Of a stretch of 64,000 nt of DNA, positions 22,985 to 32,053 are shown piece after piece. The notes under the pieces are model-generated. The model was not told the DNA's origin. It searched no databases and saw only the letters and a program-made list of their open reading frames with translations. Both the position numbers and the translations under genes were made by a program. This DNA is from Pseudomonadales bacterium (GTDB taxonomy: Bacteria > Patescibacteriota > Microgenomatia > UBA1400 > PJMF01): contig JACKFX010000005.1 in the NCBI GenBank assembly GCA_020632255.1, positions 22,827-86,826 of the forward strand, given 5' to 3'. How positions within the stretch are numbered: the stretch's first letter is position 1; each line of letters begins with the position of its first letter.

Positions 22985-23647
22985 CTAATACCGAACATAG
23001 ACGGTTCGATCTTCTCTGCTCGTCTTTCCTCGCCTATCTGTTGCTTCAACTGAAATAGTGCTTATACCTTCGGTTGAAATAAAAACTTCTGTGGTAAACG
23101 AACCATCTGACTGCAGTGCAACTGGCTGATCATTCACAGTCACGACTGCGTCAGGTTCCGTCTCACCGCTGACAACTACGCGTGAAGCCACTTGGTCCTG
23201 TTCGGCGGGTTGTGAAACTCGTAATTCGGGGGGACGAGTAAGGATATGCCACTGCACTCCAACATATCCAAGCAATGACAAAAAAACTCCCACCAAAGCA
23301 ATCACAAAAAGCGTCAAAGAATTAAAGGTAATCCTCTGTCTCAACACCGGTGTAATAAATTCTCTGGGAACAAGTGTGCCTCGAGCACTTTCTTTGTAGT
23401 CACGTCTTAAGAGGGCTAACAGCGGTTTGTGATCAAAGCCAAAAAGTTCCGCATATGTTTTAATATACCCTTTAACGAATGTTGCGGATGGCAGCTTCTC
23501 AAATTCATTTGCCTCGAGCGCTTCTAAATACTCAATTCGAATGCGTGTTCGATTAGCTAAGTCCTCAAGACGAAATCGACGACCCTGACGCTCGTCACGT
23601 AACATCTCACCAATCGTGCGTGTTTTCATCGAACACATACGTATCAC
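22985..23647 (-). CDS. rodZ: RodZ-like cytoskeleton-associated membrane protein (HTH_XRE + TM + C-terminal domain)
   Basis: 220 aa; N-terminal HTH (TIGEMLRDERQGRRFRLEDLANRTRIRIEYLEALE), one TM helix, C-terminal beta-rich domain. Confidence 0.65.
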   Translation of the reverse strand: MIRMCSMKTRTIGEMLRDERQGRRFRLEDLANRTRIRIEYLEALEANEFEKLPSATFVKGYIKTYAELFGFDHKPLLALLRRDYKESARGTLVPREFITPVLRQRITFNSLTLFVIALVGVFLSLLGYVGVQWHILTRPPELRVSQPAEQDQVASRVVVSGETEPDAVVTVNDQPVALQSDGSFTTEVFISTEGISTISVEATDRRGKTSREDRTVYVRY

Positions 23648-23677
23648 ACTCCACTATTTTTTACATTAGATTGTAAA

Positions 23678-24109
23678 CTAAGAAAGGGCTTTTTTTACTG
23701 CAGCGGAGACCCTGGCTCCATCTGCTTTTCCTGTCACTTTACCCATGACCATGCCAATGAGCTTACCCATGTTTCTCTCATCGGTGCTACTCACAACATC
23801 TGTTACAACTGCCTCAAGATCTTCATCACTCATTTGTTCAGGCAAAAACTCTTCTAAAATTGCAATCTTAGCTTTTTCCTCTACAACAACGTCATCACGT
23901 CCAACAGCTTCAAAATCCTTGAGAGCGTCCTTCATTTGTTTTACCTGTTTGGCAATGAGTTTGGTAACAGCATCTTCATCAAGCTCACCTTGATCAATCT
24001 CGGCGTTTTTTACTTCCGAAAGTAAGTAACGAATAGTTCCAACACGCACAGTATCACGAGCCTTCATAGCGTCTTTCATCAGTTGCATCAGTTGTGATTT
24101 AAAATCCAT
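23678..24109 (-). CDS. GatB/YqeY-domain protein
   Basis: 143 aa; MKARD...RLLLSE..., LPEQMSDEDLEAVV, GKLIGMVMGKVTGKADG: YqeY family signature. Confidence 0.8.
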   Translation of the reverse strand: MDFKSQLMQLMKDAMKARDTVRVGTIRYLLSEVKNAEIDQGELDEDAVTKLIAKQVKQMKDALKDFEAVGRDDVVVEEKAKIAILEEFLPEQMSDEDLEAVVTDVVSSTDERNMGKLIGMVMGKVTGKADGARVSAAVKKALS

Positions 24110-24164
24110 AGCTTCCTTTGTTGTTTGTTTTCTAAAAAAATATGTAACTATATTGTATCACGCT

Positions 24165-24917
24165 CTATCTGGAAAATTTGGTCAGACCAAGTAAATGGAT
24201 AATGAAAATAGACAAATCATCAAGTTTACCTGCTACCATTGCTAAACCAGCAATAATAATGACTACAGCAGAAATTTGAGTAATGTGTTTTGTCCAACTG
24301 GGATGCAGCGAAACAACTTTCATAATACGATCAAAACCAAGTGCAGCAAGTAAAAAGGGCACACCAACTCCCAATCCATACGCAATCAACATTATCAGTC
24401 CTTTGGTTGCATTTGCTTGACTTGCGGACCAGTACAAAATAACTGCTAATACAGGCCCGATACACGGACTCCATGCAAACGCAAAAGCAACTCCGGTGAA
24501 GATTGCATGTAAGTGCGTACTCCGCTTAAAAAACTTTTGAATGTCAAAACGCACCTCACCATTTACCAATCGAAATTTTTTGAAAGCTCCTATCAGCAAC
24601 AGCCCCATAAATACAAAAAGTACTCCAGCTAGTTGGCTAATAATTGGCCGGTAGTGGGCAAACACAACCGCAAATCGTTGTAGGGCCAATCCCATCAGGA
24701 CAAATGTCGTCACAAATCCGGTCACGAATAATATTGCAGCTTTGAACACGAGCCAGCGATGATTTTTTTCATCCATAGTCGCAAGTGAAACTCCAGAAAT
24801 ATATGCTAAATAGGTGGGCACCAAGGGCAAAAGACATGAGGCAAAAAAGGTCACAAATCCTGCTAGAAATGCAACCAAAATGGTCACGTTAGATCCATCA
24901 AGTGGAATCCCGAACAT
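24165..24917 (-). CDS. ccdA: Cytochrome-c-biogenesis-type thiol:disulfide transporter CcdA/DsbD-family
   Basis: 250 aa polytopic protein; conserved Cys pair in TM1 (ASCLLPLVP) and TM4 (SPCIGPVL). Confidence 0.8.
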   Translation of the reverse strand: MFGIPLDGSNVTILVAFLAGFVTFFASCLLPLVPTYLAYISGVSLATMDEKNHRWLVFKAAILFVTGFVTTFVLMGLALQRFAVVFAHYRPIISQLAGVLFVFMGLLLIGAFKKFRLVNGEVRFDIQKFFKRSTHLHAIFTGVAFAFAWSPCIGPVLAVILYWSASQANATKGLIMLIAYGLGVGVPFLLAALGFDRIMKVVSLHPSWTKHITQISAVVIIIAGLAMVAGKLDDLSIFIIHLLGLTKFSR

Positions 24918-24984
24918 ACTTTCTTTCTAATCAAAAATATATAGTTCCAATACTACCACCACTTGAATGGTAAAATAAAGGCAA

Positions 24985-25752
24985 ATGCAGACAAACTCCA
25001 GAAAACTGACCCCCTATGAAGAGACACAACTCGCGCGATATGGTACATCTTCAACAGATCTGTCGGCTACTTCTGCTCCTGTGGAGTACATAACCGGCAA
25101 AGCTGAATTCTGTAACCATATTTTTGAAGTTGGTCCAGAGGTGCTTATTCCACGAATCGAAACCGAAGAACTTGTGGCCTCTGCCGTAACATGGGTAGAA
25201 TCATTTTCTAGATCTACAATTCCTCAAATAGTCGATGTTGGAACTGGATCAGGGGCACTAGCAATCAGCATCGCTGCCTTTCTCAACAAAAAATCTATCA
25301 ACTATCATATGACTGCCACAGAGGTGTCGGAATCCGCTCTTAACAGAGCAGTCAAAAATGCTACGAACATACTTGGCGACCAACACGGAATTGACTTTAT
25401 CCATACCTCGCTCCTCGAAAAAGTTCATACTCAGTTTGACTGCATTGTCGCCAACCTCCCCTACATTCCATCTGAGAGAATAGCGTACTTAGATGAATCT
25501 GTAAAAGATCACGAGCCTCATGTAGCCCTTGACGGTGGTCCTGATGGTCTAACACTTATCAGAGAACTGCTTATCCAAGCTAAAAAACTCCTTTCCCCAA
25601 ATGGCATCATTCTTATGGAGGTCGACCATACCCACACGCTTGAAGCATGGCAAGAATTTTTTGATGATTGGGAAGTCACCATTACCCACGATTCACTTCA
25701 AAACACACGGTTTGCACAAATTACCCATAATCATAACTCCCCCATCAAGTAA
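24985..25752 (+). CDS. prmC: Release-factor glutamine N5-methyltransferase (HemK/PrmC family)
   Basis: 255 aa; EYITGKAEFCNHIFEVGPEVLIPRIETEELV, VGTGSGALAI (SAM motif I), NLPYIP (NPPY-type motif IV). Confidence 0.8.
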   Translation: MQTNSRKLTPYEETQLARYGTSSTDLSATSAPVEYITGKAEFCNHIFEVGPEVLIPRIETEELVASAVTWVESFSRSTIPQIVDVGTGSGALAISIAAFLNKKSINYHMTATEVSESALNRAVKNATNILGDQHGIDFIHTSLLEKVHTQFDCIVANLPYIPSERIAYLDESVKDHEPHVALDGGPDGLTLIRELLIQAKKLLSPNGIILMEVDHTHTLEAWQEFFDDWEVTITHDSLQNTRFAQITHNHNSPIK

Positions 25753-25772
25753 TGGTGTGTTAGTATGGAACA

Positions 25773-26729
25773 ATGAACGCTACATCTTCAGAGCAACATC
25801 GAGTACCAACCACCGTTTTTTCAGGTTTCTTAGGCTCCGGAAAAACCACTATTATCTCTCACCTGATTGATACCCTTCAGGCTAATGGCACAAAAGTCGC
25901 CTACATCAAAAATGAGATCGGTGACACCGATATCGATTCCAAACTAATGAAAGGAAAAGATATCGAAACAAAAGAACTTTTGAATGGTTGTATTTGCTGC
26001 ACTCTCGTGGGACCTTTTGCAAGCGCAGTCAGCGAACTCATTACAAGCTATCATCCAGACAGAATCATCATTGAAGCTTCTGGGGCAGCAGACCCTTCTG
26101 CAATCGCACTAATGATTAACTCTCACCCAGAACTTACTCGAGATGGCATTATCTCAATTGTTGATGTCGAAAACTTTGAAGGCTATAAAGATTTGAGTGT
26201 GACAGCTCAAAACCAAACTCAATTCACAGATTTAATCATTTTTAATAAAGTTGAGATGGTTCCACTTGATCGGAAAAAAGCCGTCGTCGGGTATGTACGC
26301 GAATTGAATACCCACTCACCAATTATTGAAGCCCCAGCAGGCACTGTTGATCCTGAGGTTGTGTTTGGTCTAGATCCCAAACACCTTGAACCATTTATCT
26401 TAGAGCATGCTCAACACAAACACACTCATGCTCATACTCAGAATCACATACAATCTGACCATTTTGAAGCATTCACCTTGAAAAGCCCTCAACCAATTTC
26501 TGAAGAGAAAGTTAGGTCTGTGCTTGAAACGCTCCCAAAACCTATCTTTCGTACTAAAGGTATTTTTCTCACTCCTGAAGGAAAATGGCTCAGCTATAAC
26601 GGCGTAGGGAAAAAGGTTACTATCGAGCCAGTTGAAGATGCAACATCATTTAACGAAAACATCTTTGTCTTCATTGGGGTAGATGCAGACCAATTTCAAA
26701 ATGACATTCAGAAAAACCTTTTGGGTTAG
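25773..26729 (+). CDS. CobW/G3E-family GTPase (putative zinc metallochaperone)
   Basis: 318 aa; VFSGFLGSGKTT P-loop, GCICCT metal-binding motif, and a His-rich stretch HAQHKHTHAHTQNH. Confidence 0.8.
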   Translation: MNATSSEQHRVPTTVFSGFLGSGKTTIISHLIDTLQANGTKVAYIKNEIGDTDIDSKLMKGKDIETKELLNGCICCTLVGPFASAVSELITSYHPDRIIIEASGAADPSAIALMINSHPELTRDGIISIVDVENFEGYKDLSVTAQNQTQFTDLIIFNKVEMVPLDRKKAVVGYVRELNTHSPIIEAPAGTVDPEVVFGLDPKHLEPFILEHAQHKHTHAHTQNHIQSDHFEAFTLKSPQPISEEKVRSVLETLPKPIFRTKGIFLTPEGKWLSYNGVGKKVTIEPVEDATSFNENIFVFIGVDADQFQNDIQKNLLG

Positions 26730-26731
26730 TC

Positions 26732-27733
26732 TTATAAGGTTTCAGGTTTTCTGTTACTAGTCTTCTCGATCATAGTCACAATTACAAAAGCCAAGACAAA
26801 GAGACCAACTGCAATCATGAACTCTTGGTTAAATCCTGCAGGCATCACATTACGCTGCACAACTGGAACAATTTCTCCATGAGAATCTACTATAGTTTTA
26901 ACTGTTTCTTTCCATGGCCAAATTTTTCGCAGTGAACCAAGCATAAAGCCAGTCAAAACCGCAATAATTACACTTTCATGGTGCTTAAAGAGCCAAGAGA
27001 GCACGCGAGAAAAAAGCGCTAAACCAATGACTGCACCAACCATAAAGATGCCCAGGGTCACTATATCCTTGTCATGCACCGCTTGAAGAATTTGTTCATA
27101 CTTTCCTAGAATAATCAGTAAAAAGGATCCTGAAACTCCAGGGAGAATCATGGCGCAAATTGCCACTGCCCCACTGGCTAAGAAAGCAATTGGTGTAGCG
27201 GCTGTTTCAGTAGGAACTGCACCAACAATCATGAATGCTGCTACTGCAGCTGCAATCGCAGATACGACTTCAATAAATTTCCATGTTTTAATACGTTTGC
27301 TGACAATCATGATCGAAGCTACAACCAAACCAAAGAAGAAGGACCAAATCAGTTCTGGGTACGTTTCAAGCATATACGTAAGTAAAGACGAAAGTGAAAT
27401 CACTGCTGCACCAATACCAAGTGCCAACGGAACGAGAAAGTGAAATGGTATTACCTCAAGAGCTTCGATCAGCTTACCCTTGGCCAGCAACGTAAGTGCT
27501 TTTCCACTTACTGTCTTAATACCATTTATCAACTTTTCATAAATGCCAAAAATAAATGCCATCGTTCCACCAGATACGCCAGGCACAATGTCCGCAGCAC
27601 CCATCACAAAACCAATACCTAAATACTTGAGCATGTGTGTCAAAGTATTATCGTTATCTTCACTTCGTAAAATTGCGTTAATTAGATTTTTCATAATAGA
27701 CCCACTATACGCCATCTGTACCACAGGCAGCAA
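26732..27733 (-). CDS. DUF368-family polytopic membrane protein (PopT-like polyprenyl-phosphate transporter candidate)
   Basis: 333 aa, ~8 TM segments; duplicated PGVSGG/PGVSGS motifs reminiscent of the internal repeat of DUF368/UppP-like proteins. True start may be internal (MKNLINAIL). Confidence 0.4.
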   Translation of the reverse strand: MLPVVQMAYSGSIMKNLINAILRSEDNDNTLTHMLKYLGIGFVMGAADIVPGVSGGTMAFIFGIYEKLINGIKTVSGKALTLLAKGKLIEALEVIPFHFLVPLALGIGAAVISLSSLLTYMLETYPELIWSFFFGLVVASIMIVSKRIKTWKFIEVVSAIAAAVAAFMIVGAVPTETAATPIAFLASGAVAICAMILPGVSGSFLLIILGKYEQILQAVHDKDIVTLGIFMVGAVIGLALFSRVLSWLFKHHESVIIAVLTGFMLGSLRKIWPWKETVKTIVDSHGEIVPVVQRNVMPAGFNQEFMIAVGLFVLAFVIVTMIEKTSNRKPETL

Positions 27734-27763
27734 GATAATAATCTCGTCTTTAAATCAGGATGA

Positions 27764-28522
27764 CTATTTCTTATTCTTCATCATCTGGCCAATACCTTCG
27801 AAGGCGCGCAGCACTTCCATTGGTACTGCAAAGATAACAGTATTTGACTGATCAGATGAAATATCATTGATTGAGTTGAGCGTTCGTAAGTGCAGCGCAC
27901 CAGGGTTCTTGGCCATGGTTGTGGCTGCTTCTGCTAGATTTTGAGCTGCCATAACTTCACCTTCACTATTAATAATAGTGGCGCGCTTCTCGCGCTCAGC
28001 TTCAGCCTGCTTTGCCATGGTACGAACCATGCTTTCTGGAAGTTCGATATCTTTGAGTTCAACCGCTTCGAAGTCAATTCCCCACTGATCAGTGGTTATA
28101 TCAATGCTCTTTAAAATATCTGCCGCAATTTTTTCACGATTTGAAAGAAGTTCATCCAGTGTCGCTTCGCCTGCTACACGTCTCATTGTTGTTTGAGCCA
28201 GCTGTGAAACAGCCCAAAAAACATTCTCAACTTCGTTAACTGCTCTATTTGCATCGGTAACCTTATAGTAAATAACGGCATTCATTTTACACGAGACATT
28301 ATCACGAGTAATTGTTTCTTGCTTTGGTACATCAACAGCTTTAGTACGAATATCAATCTTCACAAATGATTGAAATATTGGCAAAATGAAACGCCAACCT
28401 GGTTCAACCACCCCAGAAAATCGCCCCATGGTGTAAATCACCCCTCGTTCATATTGGTTGATTTGCTTAAGTGATGCCAAAAAAATAATTACAATAAAAG
28501 GAAGAAATCCAACTAATGCCAT
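27764..28522 (-). CDS. SPFH/band-7 (stomatin-like) membrane protein
   Basis: 252 aa; N-terminal TM helix, INQYERGVIYTMGRF and a conserved SPFH core with coiled-coil tail. Confidence 0.8.
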   Translation of the reverse strand: MALVGFLPFIVIIFLASLKQINQYERGVIYTMGRFSGVVEPGWRFILPIFQSFVKIDIRTKAVDVPKQETITRDNVSCKMNAVIYYKVTDANRAVNEVENVFWAVSQLAQTTMRRVAGEATLDELLSNREKIAADILKSIDITTDQWGIDFEAVELKDIELPESMVRTMAKQAEAEREKRATIINSEGEVMAAQNLAEAATTMAKNPGALHLRTLNSINDISSDQSNTVIFAVPMEVLRAFEGIGQMMKNKK

Positions 28523-28585
28523 AGGTACTTTCGCTCAATACTACTTGGAGTATTGTACCATAAAGTCTTGGTTTTCTTGACTAGA

Positions 28586-29350
28586 TTAGGTGTCTTTTTT
28601 AAATGAATAGGTAACGTCTTCGGCAGGAACACGGCGCACCCACTGACCAGATCGTTGTTCCTCAAGAATATGAGCCACACTACCTGCCACACGGGCAACA
28701 CCAAATACTGCATTTCCTGCTTCTGGCGCTATACCCATGGTGAGCAACAATGCAGCCATTGCACCATCAATATTGATCACAAGAGTTTTGAGTGTTTCTT
28801 CCTCTAGAGTTGTTTCAATCGCTTTAGCGATATGAATATAATCAAGTGATAAACCTACATCTCGGGCCAGTTGGAAGAGTTGTTGTGAACGTGGATCAAC
28901 TTTCTTGTAGATTGGGTGTCCAAAACCAGGAACTCGTTTCTTTTCTGAGCGAAATTTTTTGACAAGCCACTGCGCTGCGGCTTCTTTATCATCGCCTTTT
29001 TCATTTACTTCTTGCAACACTTTCATGGCTCCAGTGATGGCTCCACCATGATAAGGACCAAGCGCCAAGAGAGATGTAGCCATACACGTTAACATTTCAT
29101 TTCCAGATGAAGCCACAACTCTGGGAACAAAACCACTGGCAGGATTTATCCCATGATCGATCGCGGCAACTAAGAGTGCATTGAGAACTTTCTCCTCTGC
29201 AACATTTGGCTTTCTTCCTGTTAGTGATAAAAAAAATGTAGAAACGAAGTTTGCTTCACTAATAAGTTCTGTAAGGGGAATACCACGAAGTTCTAGGTCC
29301 TTGTCGGTGTGTCCACTTATGGTCGTCGTGAATGATAAATCTTGTGACAT
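28586..29350 (-). CDS. Citrate-synthase-like small protein (citryl-CoA-lyase / ATP-citrate-lyase C-terminal-domain homologue)
   Basis: 254 aa; GFGHPIYKKVDPR matches the citrate-synthase catalytic His/Asp loop (GFGHRVYK.YDPR); a size of ~250 aa is typical of stand-alone citryl-CoA lyase; 7-nt gap to the upstream gene. Confidence 0.65.
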   Translation of the reverse strand: MSQDLSFTTTISGHTDKDLELRGIPLTELISEANFVSTFFLSLTGRKPNVAEEKVLNALLVAAIDHGINPASGFVPRVVASSGNEMLTCMATSLLALGPYHGGAITGAMKVLQEVNEKGDDKEAAAQWLVKKFRSEKKRVPGFGHPIYKKVDPRSQQLFQLARDVGLSLDYIHIAKAIETTLEEETLKTLVINIDGAMAALLLTMGIAPEAGNAVFGVARVAGSVAHILEEQRSGQWVRRVPAEDVTYSFKKDT

Positions 29351-29356
29351 GTGTAT

Positions 29357-30271
29357 TTATAGTTGTACTATGTTTTCCAGCTGTTTGACAATATCCTGGG
29401 GATCAGATGCAATAATCACCCCGGCAGCTGAAAGAGCCTCAATCTTGCTTTTTCTGGTTCCTACTTCTGCATCAACAATTGCACCTGCATGGCCAAATGA
29501 AACGCCTTTTGGCAAAGTTTCAGCAAAAATTCCTGATATATAGGCAACAACTGGTTTTTTGTGCTGCGCTGCAGTAACTGCTGAAGCAACATCTTCCTCG
29601 TAACTTCCTCCAATTTCCCCTAATATGACAATTGCCTGAGTTTGATCATCTTCCAATAAGTCGGGAAGAATATCAGCATAGGTCGTACCAACAACTCTAT
29701 CTCCTCCTATACCAATTACCGTTGATTGCCGTATCCCTGCTGCAGAAAGCACATGAACCAAAGTATTTGCCATCCCTCCACTTTTTGAAATAACAGCTAC
29801 TCCAGGATGTTGATCATCAGCAAAATAAAAGCCATCAAAAGTTCCTCCTCCCAGTGAACCAACCACAGAAGTGGGACACGCCACTCCCACTGAACTCGGT
29901 CCTAACACTCGAGTACCGCTTGTTTGAGCACGCTCGAGAATTTCTACAATGTCACGGGTAGGAACGTTTTCGGCAATTATGTGAATAAATGGAACCCCCG
30001 CTTCAAGTGACTCCACCGCTGCTTCCTTTACAAACTGTGGAGGCGCATAAATTGATGATGCAGAGATTTCTGGATGTGCAGCAACTGCCTCTGCCACAGT
30101 GTTGTAGATAGGGATATTCAAAACAGTTTGACCACCTTTACCAGGAGTAACTCCAGCAGCGATCTTGGCTCCCCCATTTTTCATCCACTCGGCTGCACGT
30201 TGACCTTCTTTGCCAGTTAAGCCCTGAATCACATACACGGTAGTTTCATCAATCAAGACAGCCATCACCAT
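29357..30271 (-). CDS. Succinyl-CoA-synthetase alpha-like subunit (CoA-binding, phosphohistidine) - candidate citryl-CoA synthetase small subunit
   Basis: 304 aa; collinear with SucD: VYVIQGLTGKEGQ, GVTPGKGG, SKSGG, GIGGD, GHAGAIV phosphohistidine loop. Start overlaps the beta-like gene stop. Confidence 0.85.
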   Translation of the reverse strand: MVMAVLIDETTVYVIQGLTGKEGQRAAEWMKNGGAKIAAGVTPGKGGQTVLNIPIYNTVAEAVAAHPEISASSIYAPPQFVKEAAVESLEAGVPFIHIIAENVPTRDIVEILERAQTSGTRVLGPSSVGVACPTSVVGSLGGGTFDGFYFADDQHPGVAVISKSGGMANTLVHVLSAAGIRQSTVIGIGGDRVVGTTYADILPDLLEDDQTQAIVILGEIGGSYEEDVASAVTAAQHKKPVVAYISGIFAETLPKGVSFGHAGAIVDAEVGTRKSKIEALSAAGVIIASDPQDIVKQLENIVQL

Positions 30272-31437
30272 CTTCCTTTGTTATTCTGCTTTTTTTGCAA
30301 TACATCGCGAAGCACAATGACCGAGTCTAAAATGGGCACGTCAGGTCCAAGTAAGTGAACATCAAAGCGTTCCTTAGGAAGACGTTCCTGCACCATCTCG
30401 AAGGCCTCTTGCCATCGTGGACCACCACGTCTAATCACCACAGGGGTTTGGTTACCTAATGGCGATGCCAACAAGCCTTCAACAACTCCAGAAAGGGTTT
30501 CATAAATATCTGTGAAGTTGGCCGTACTTCCCACCACGAGCATACCTTCGAGATTATCTAGACTTGCAACCAGCTTGGTAAGCTCGGCAACTTTTTCTTT
30601 CTTTGGATTACCAGAATACTCTGTATAGTTTGCAGGCCGTAATCCCGACTGAAGTAAACCATCCATCACCAATGCAGACGCCCCTCCTCCAGAGGCAAGT
30701 ACACCAATCGTACCACCAGGAAACTCAAAAAAACTCTCACCTGCAACTCCTTGATAGTCAGAACGACTAATTGCCAAAGCCTTTTTCTCAAGCTTAGAGC
30801 GCTTCTTTTCTCCTGCTGCTCGGCTAATAGTTTTCCATTCTGGATGTCGAAATCGTGCAGCATCTTCAAGCTCTATCTTGGCGTCTAAGCACACAAATCC
30901 CTCTGCTGTTTCTACTAGGGGATTAATCTCTACCAAAACTGCATCATTTAATATAAACACTTGCCACATTTTTTGAATAACCGGCAATAAGCTTGGAAAT
31001 GTGTCAAATGATACAGGAGCAGTCAGAACTGAAAGTTCGATAGTTTGAATGGAACCTCCTCGGTCATCCATACCCATCCCTCCCTCAGCAGAAACATCAC
31101 AAACCAGCCTTCTCCGTTTTGTGTCGTACCGAAGCGCGACATACCACTGACTAGAAAACGTTGTTACCTCTTCAATTAGAAGATCAGTAAATGGTTCACC
31201 ATATCGGTCAGTTTTAGTTGCCATCTCTGCCACCAAAGACTTGGCCTCAGCTCTAGATTCAGCTTTCTTCACTAATCCATTCAACGCTCGATTCCCATGA
31301 AGCACTTGGGCTTTAATCATACACTTATCTGGAAATGAAATTTCTTCAAGAACATCAAAGGAAACTAACTGCCCTTTGGGTATTTGTAGGCCGGCTGTCG
31401 CAAGCAACTGCTTGCCCTCATATTCGGTCAATAACAT
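30265..31437 (-). CDS. Succinyl-CoA-synthetase beta-like subunit (ATP-grasp) - candidate citryl-CoA synthetase large subunit
   Basis: 390 aa; MLLTEYEGKQLLATAGLQIP resembles the SucC N-terminus; ATP-grasp then CoA-ligase domain. Confidence 0.8.
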   Translation of the reverse strand: MLLTEYEGKQLLATAGLQIPKGQLVSFDVLEEISFPDKCMIKAQVLHGNRALNGLVKKAESRAEAKSLVAEMATKTDRYGEPFTDLLIEEVTTFSSQWYVALRYDTKRRRLVCDVSAEGGMGMDDRGGSIQTIELSVLTAPVSFDTFPSLLPVIQKMWQVFILNDAVLVEINPLVETAEGFVCLDAKIELEDAARFRHPEWKTISRAAGEKKRSKLEKKALAISRSDYQGVAGESFFEFPGGTIGVLASGGGASALVMDGLLQSGLRPANYTEYSGNPKKEKVAELTKLVASLDNLEGMLVVGSTANFTDIYETLSGVVEGLLASPLGNQTPVVIRRGGPRWQEAFEMVQERLPKERFDVHLLGPDVPILDSVIVLRDVLQKKQNNKGRW

Positions 31438-31679
31438 ACCGAACTATAGTAACACAGAAAATATCACTCACCCACACAAAAATGTGCTATGAAGCAAAAT
31501 ATCGGTACCGCTTTGTTACCTGGAAGTAAGATCTGGACAAACCTGCTTCCTTAAAGTATGTCAGCGGTGTAGTCATCAAATCTTTCAACATATTTTAGTA
31601 AGTCTATCGCATCTATGCATAGAGTGCAAAACATAGGAAATACACACGTCTCCTTCAGACTTCATCATAAGACAGCAAA

Positions 31680-32012
31680 CTACTGCAACTCAGTTTGTAA
31701 ATGAAGCAATCTATCAACAAAGATTGAAAAGTACTCAGAATCAAAAATCATATTAATGATTGGAATATAGTTAATCTGACGGAGGGTCTCAACCAAAATG
31801 GTAATAATAATATACGCAACAATCGTTCCACCAAGTGCAACGCCAAAGCCCTGAATCACAGCCATAAAAAAACGATATCTTACAGAGTTTGCCTTGCGCA
31901 TGCGTTCATTTAACACCTGCAGCTGCTTATCGAGTGCCTTGAGTTCTTTTTCTAGGTCACTTGTGTGAGGCTTCTTAAGTGGGGTATCTGTACTCATGTA
32001 TTTAGTATACAC
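31680..32012 (-). CDS. Small membrane protein with N-terminal coiled coil, unknown function
   Basis: 110 aa; coiled-coil segment (LEKELKALDKQLQVLNERMRK) followed by one TM helix; immediately downstream of the 1095-aa phosphoesterase protein. Confidence 0.4.
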   Translation of the reverse strand: MYTKYMSTDTPLKKPHTSDLEKELKALDKQLQVLNERMRKANSVRYRFFMAVIQGFGVALGGTIVAYIIITILVETLRQINYIPIINMIFDSEYFSIFVDRLLHLQTELQ

Positions 32013-32053
32013 AAATGTACCCTAACAGTGAAGAATTGACCTGCAGTTAAACT

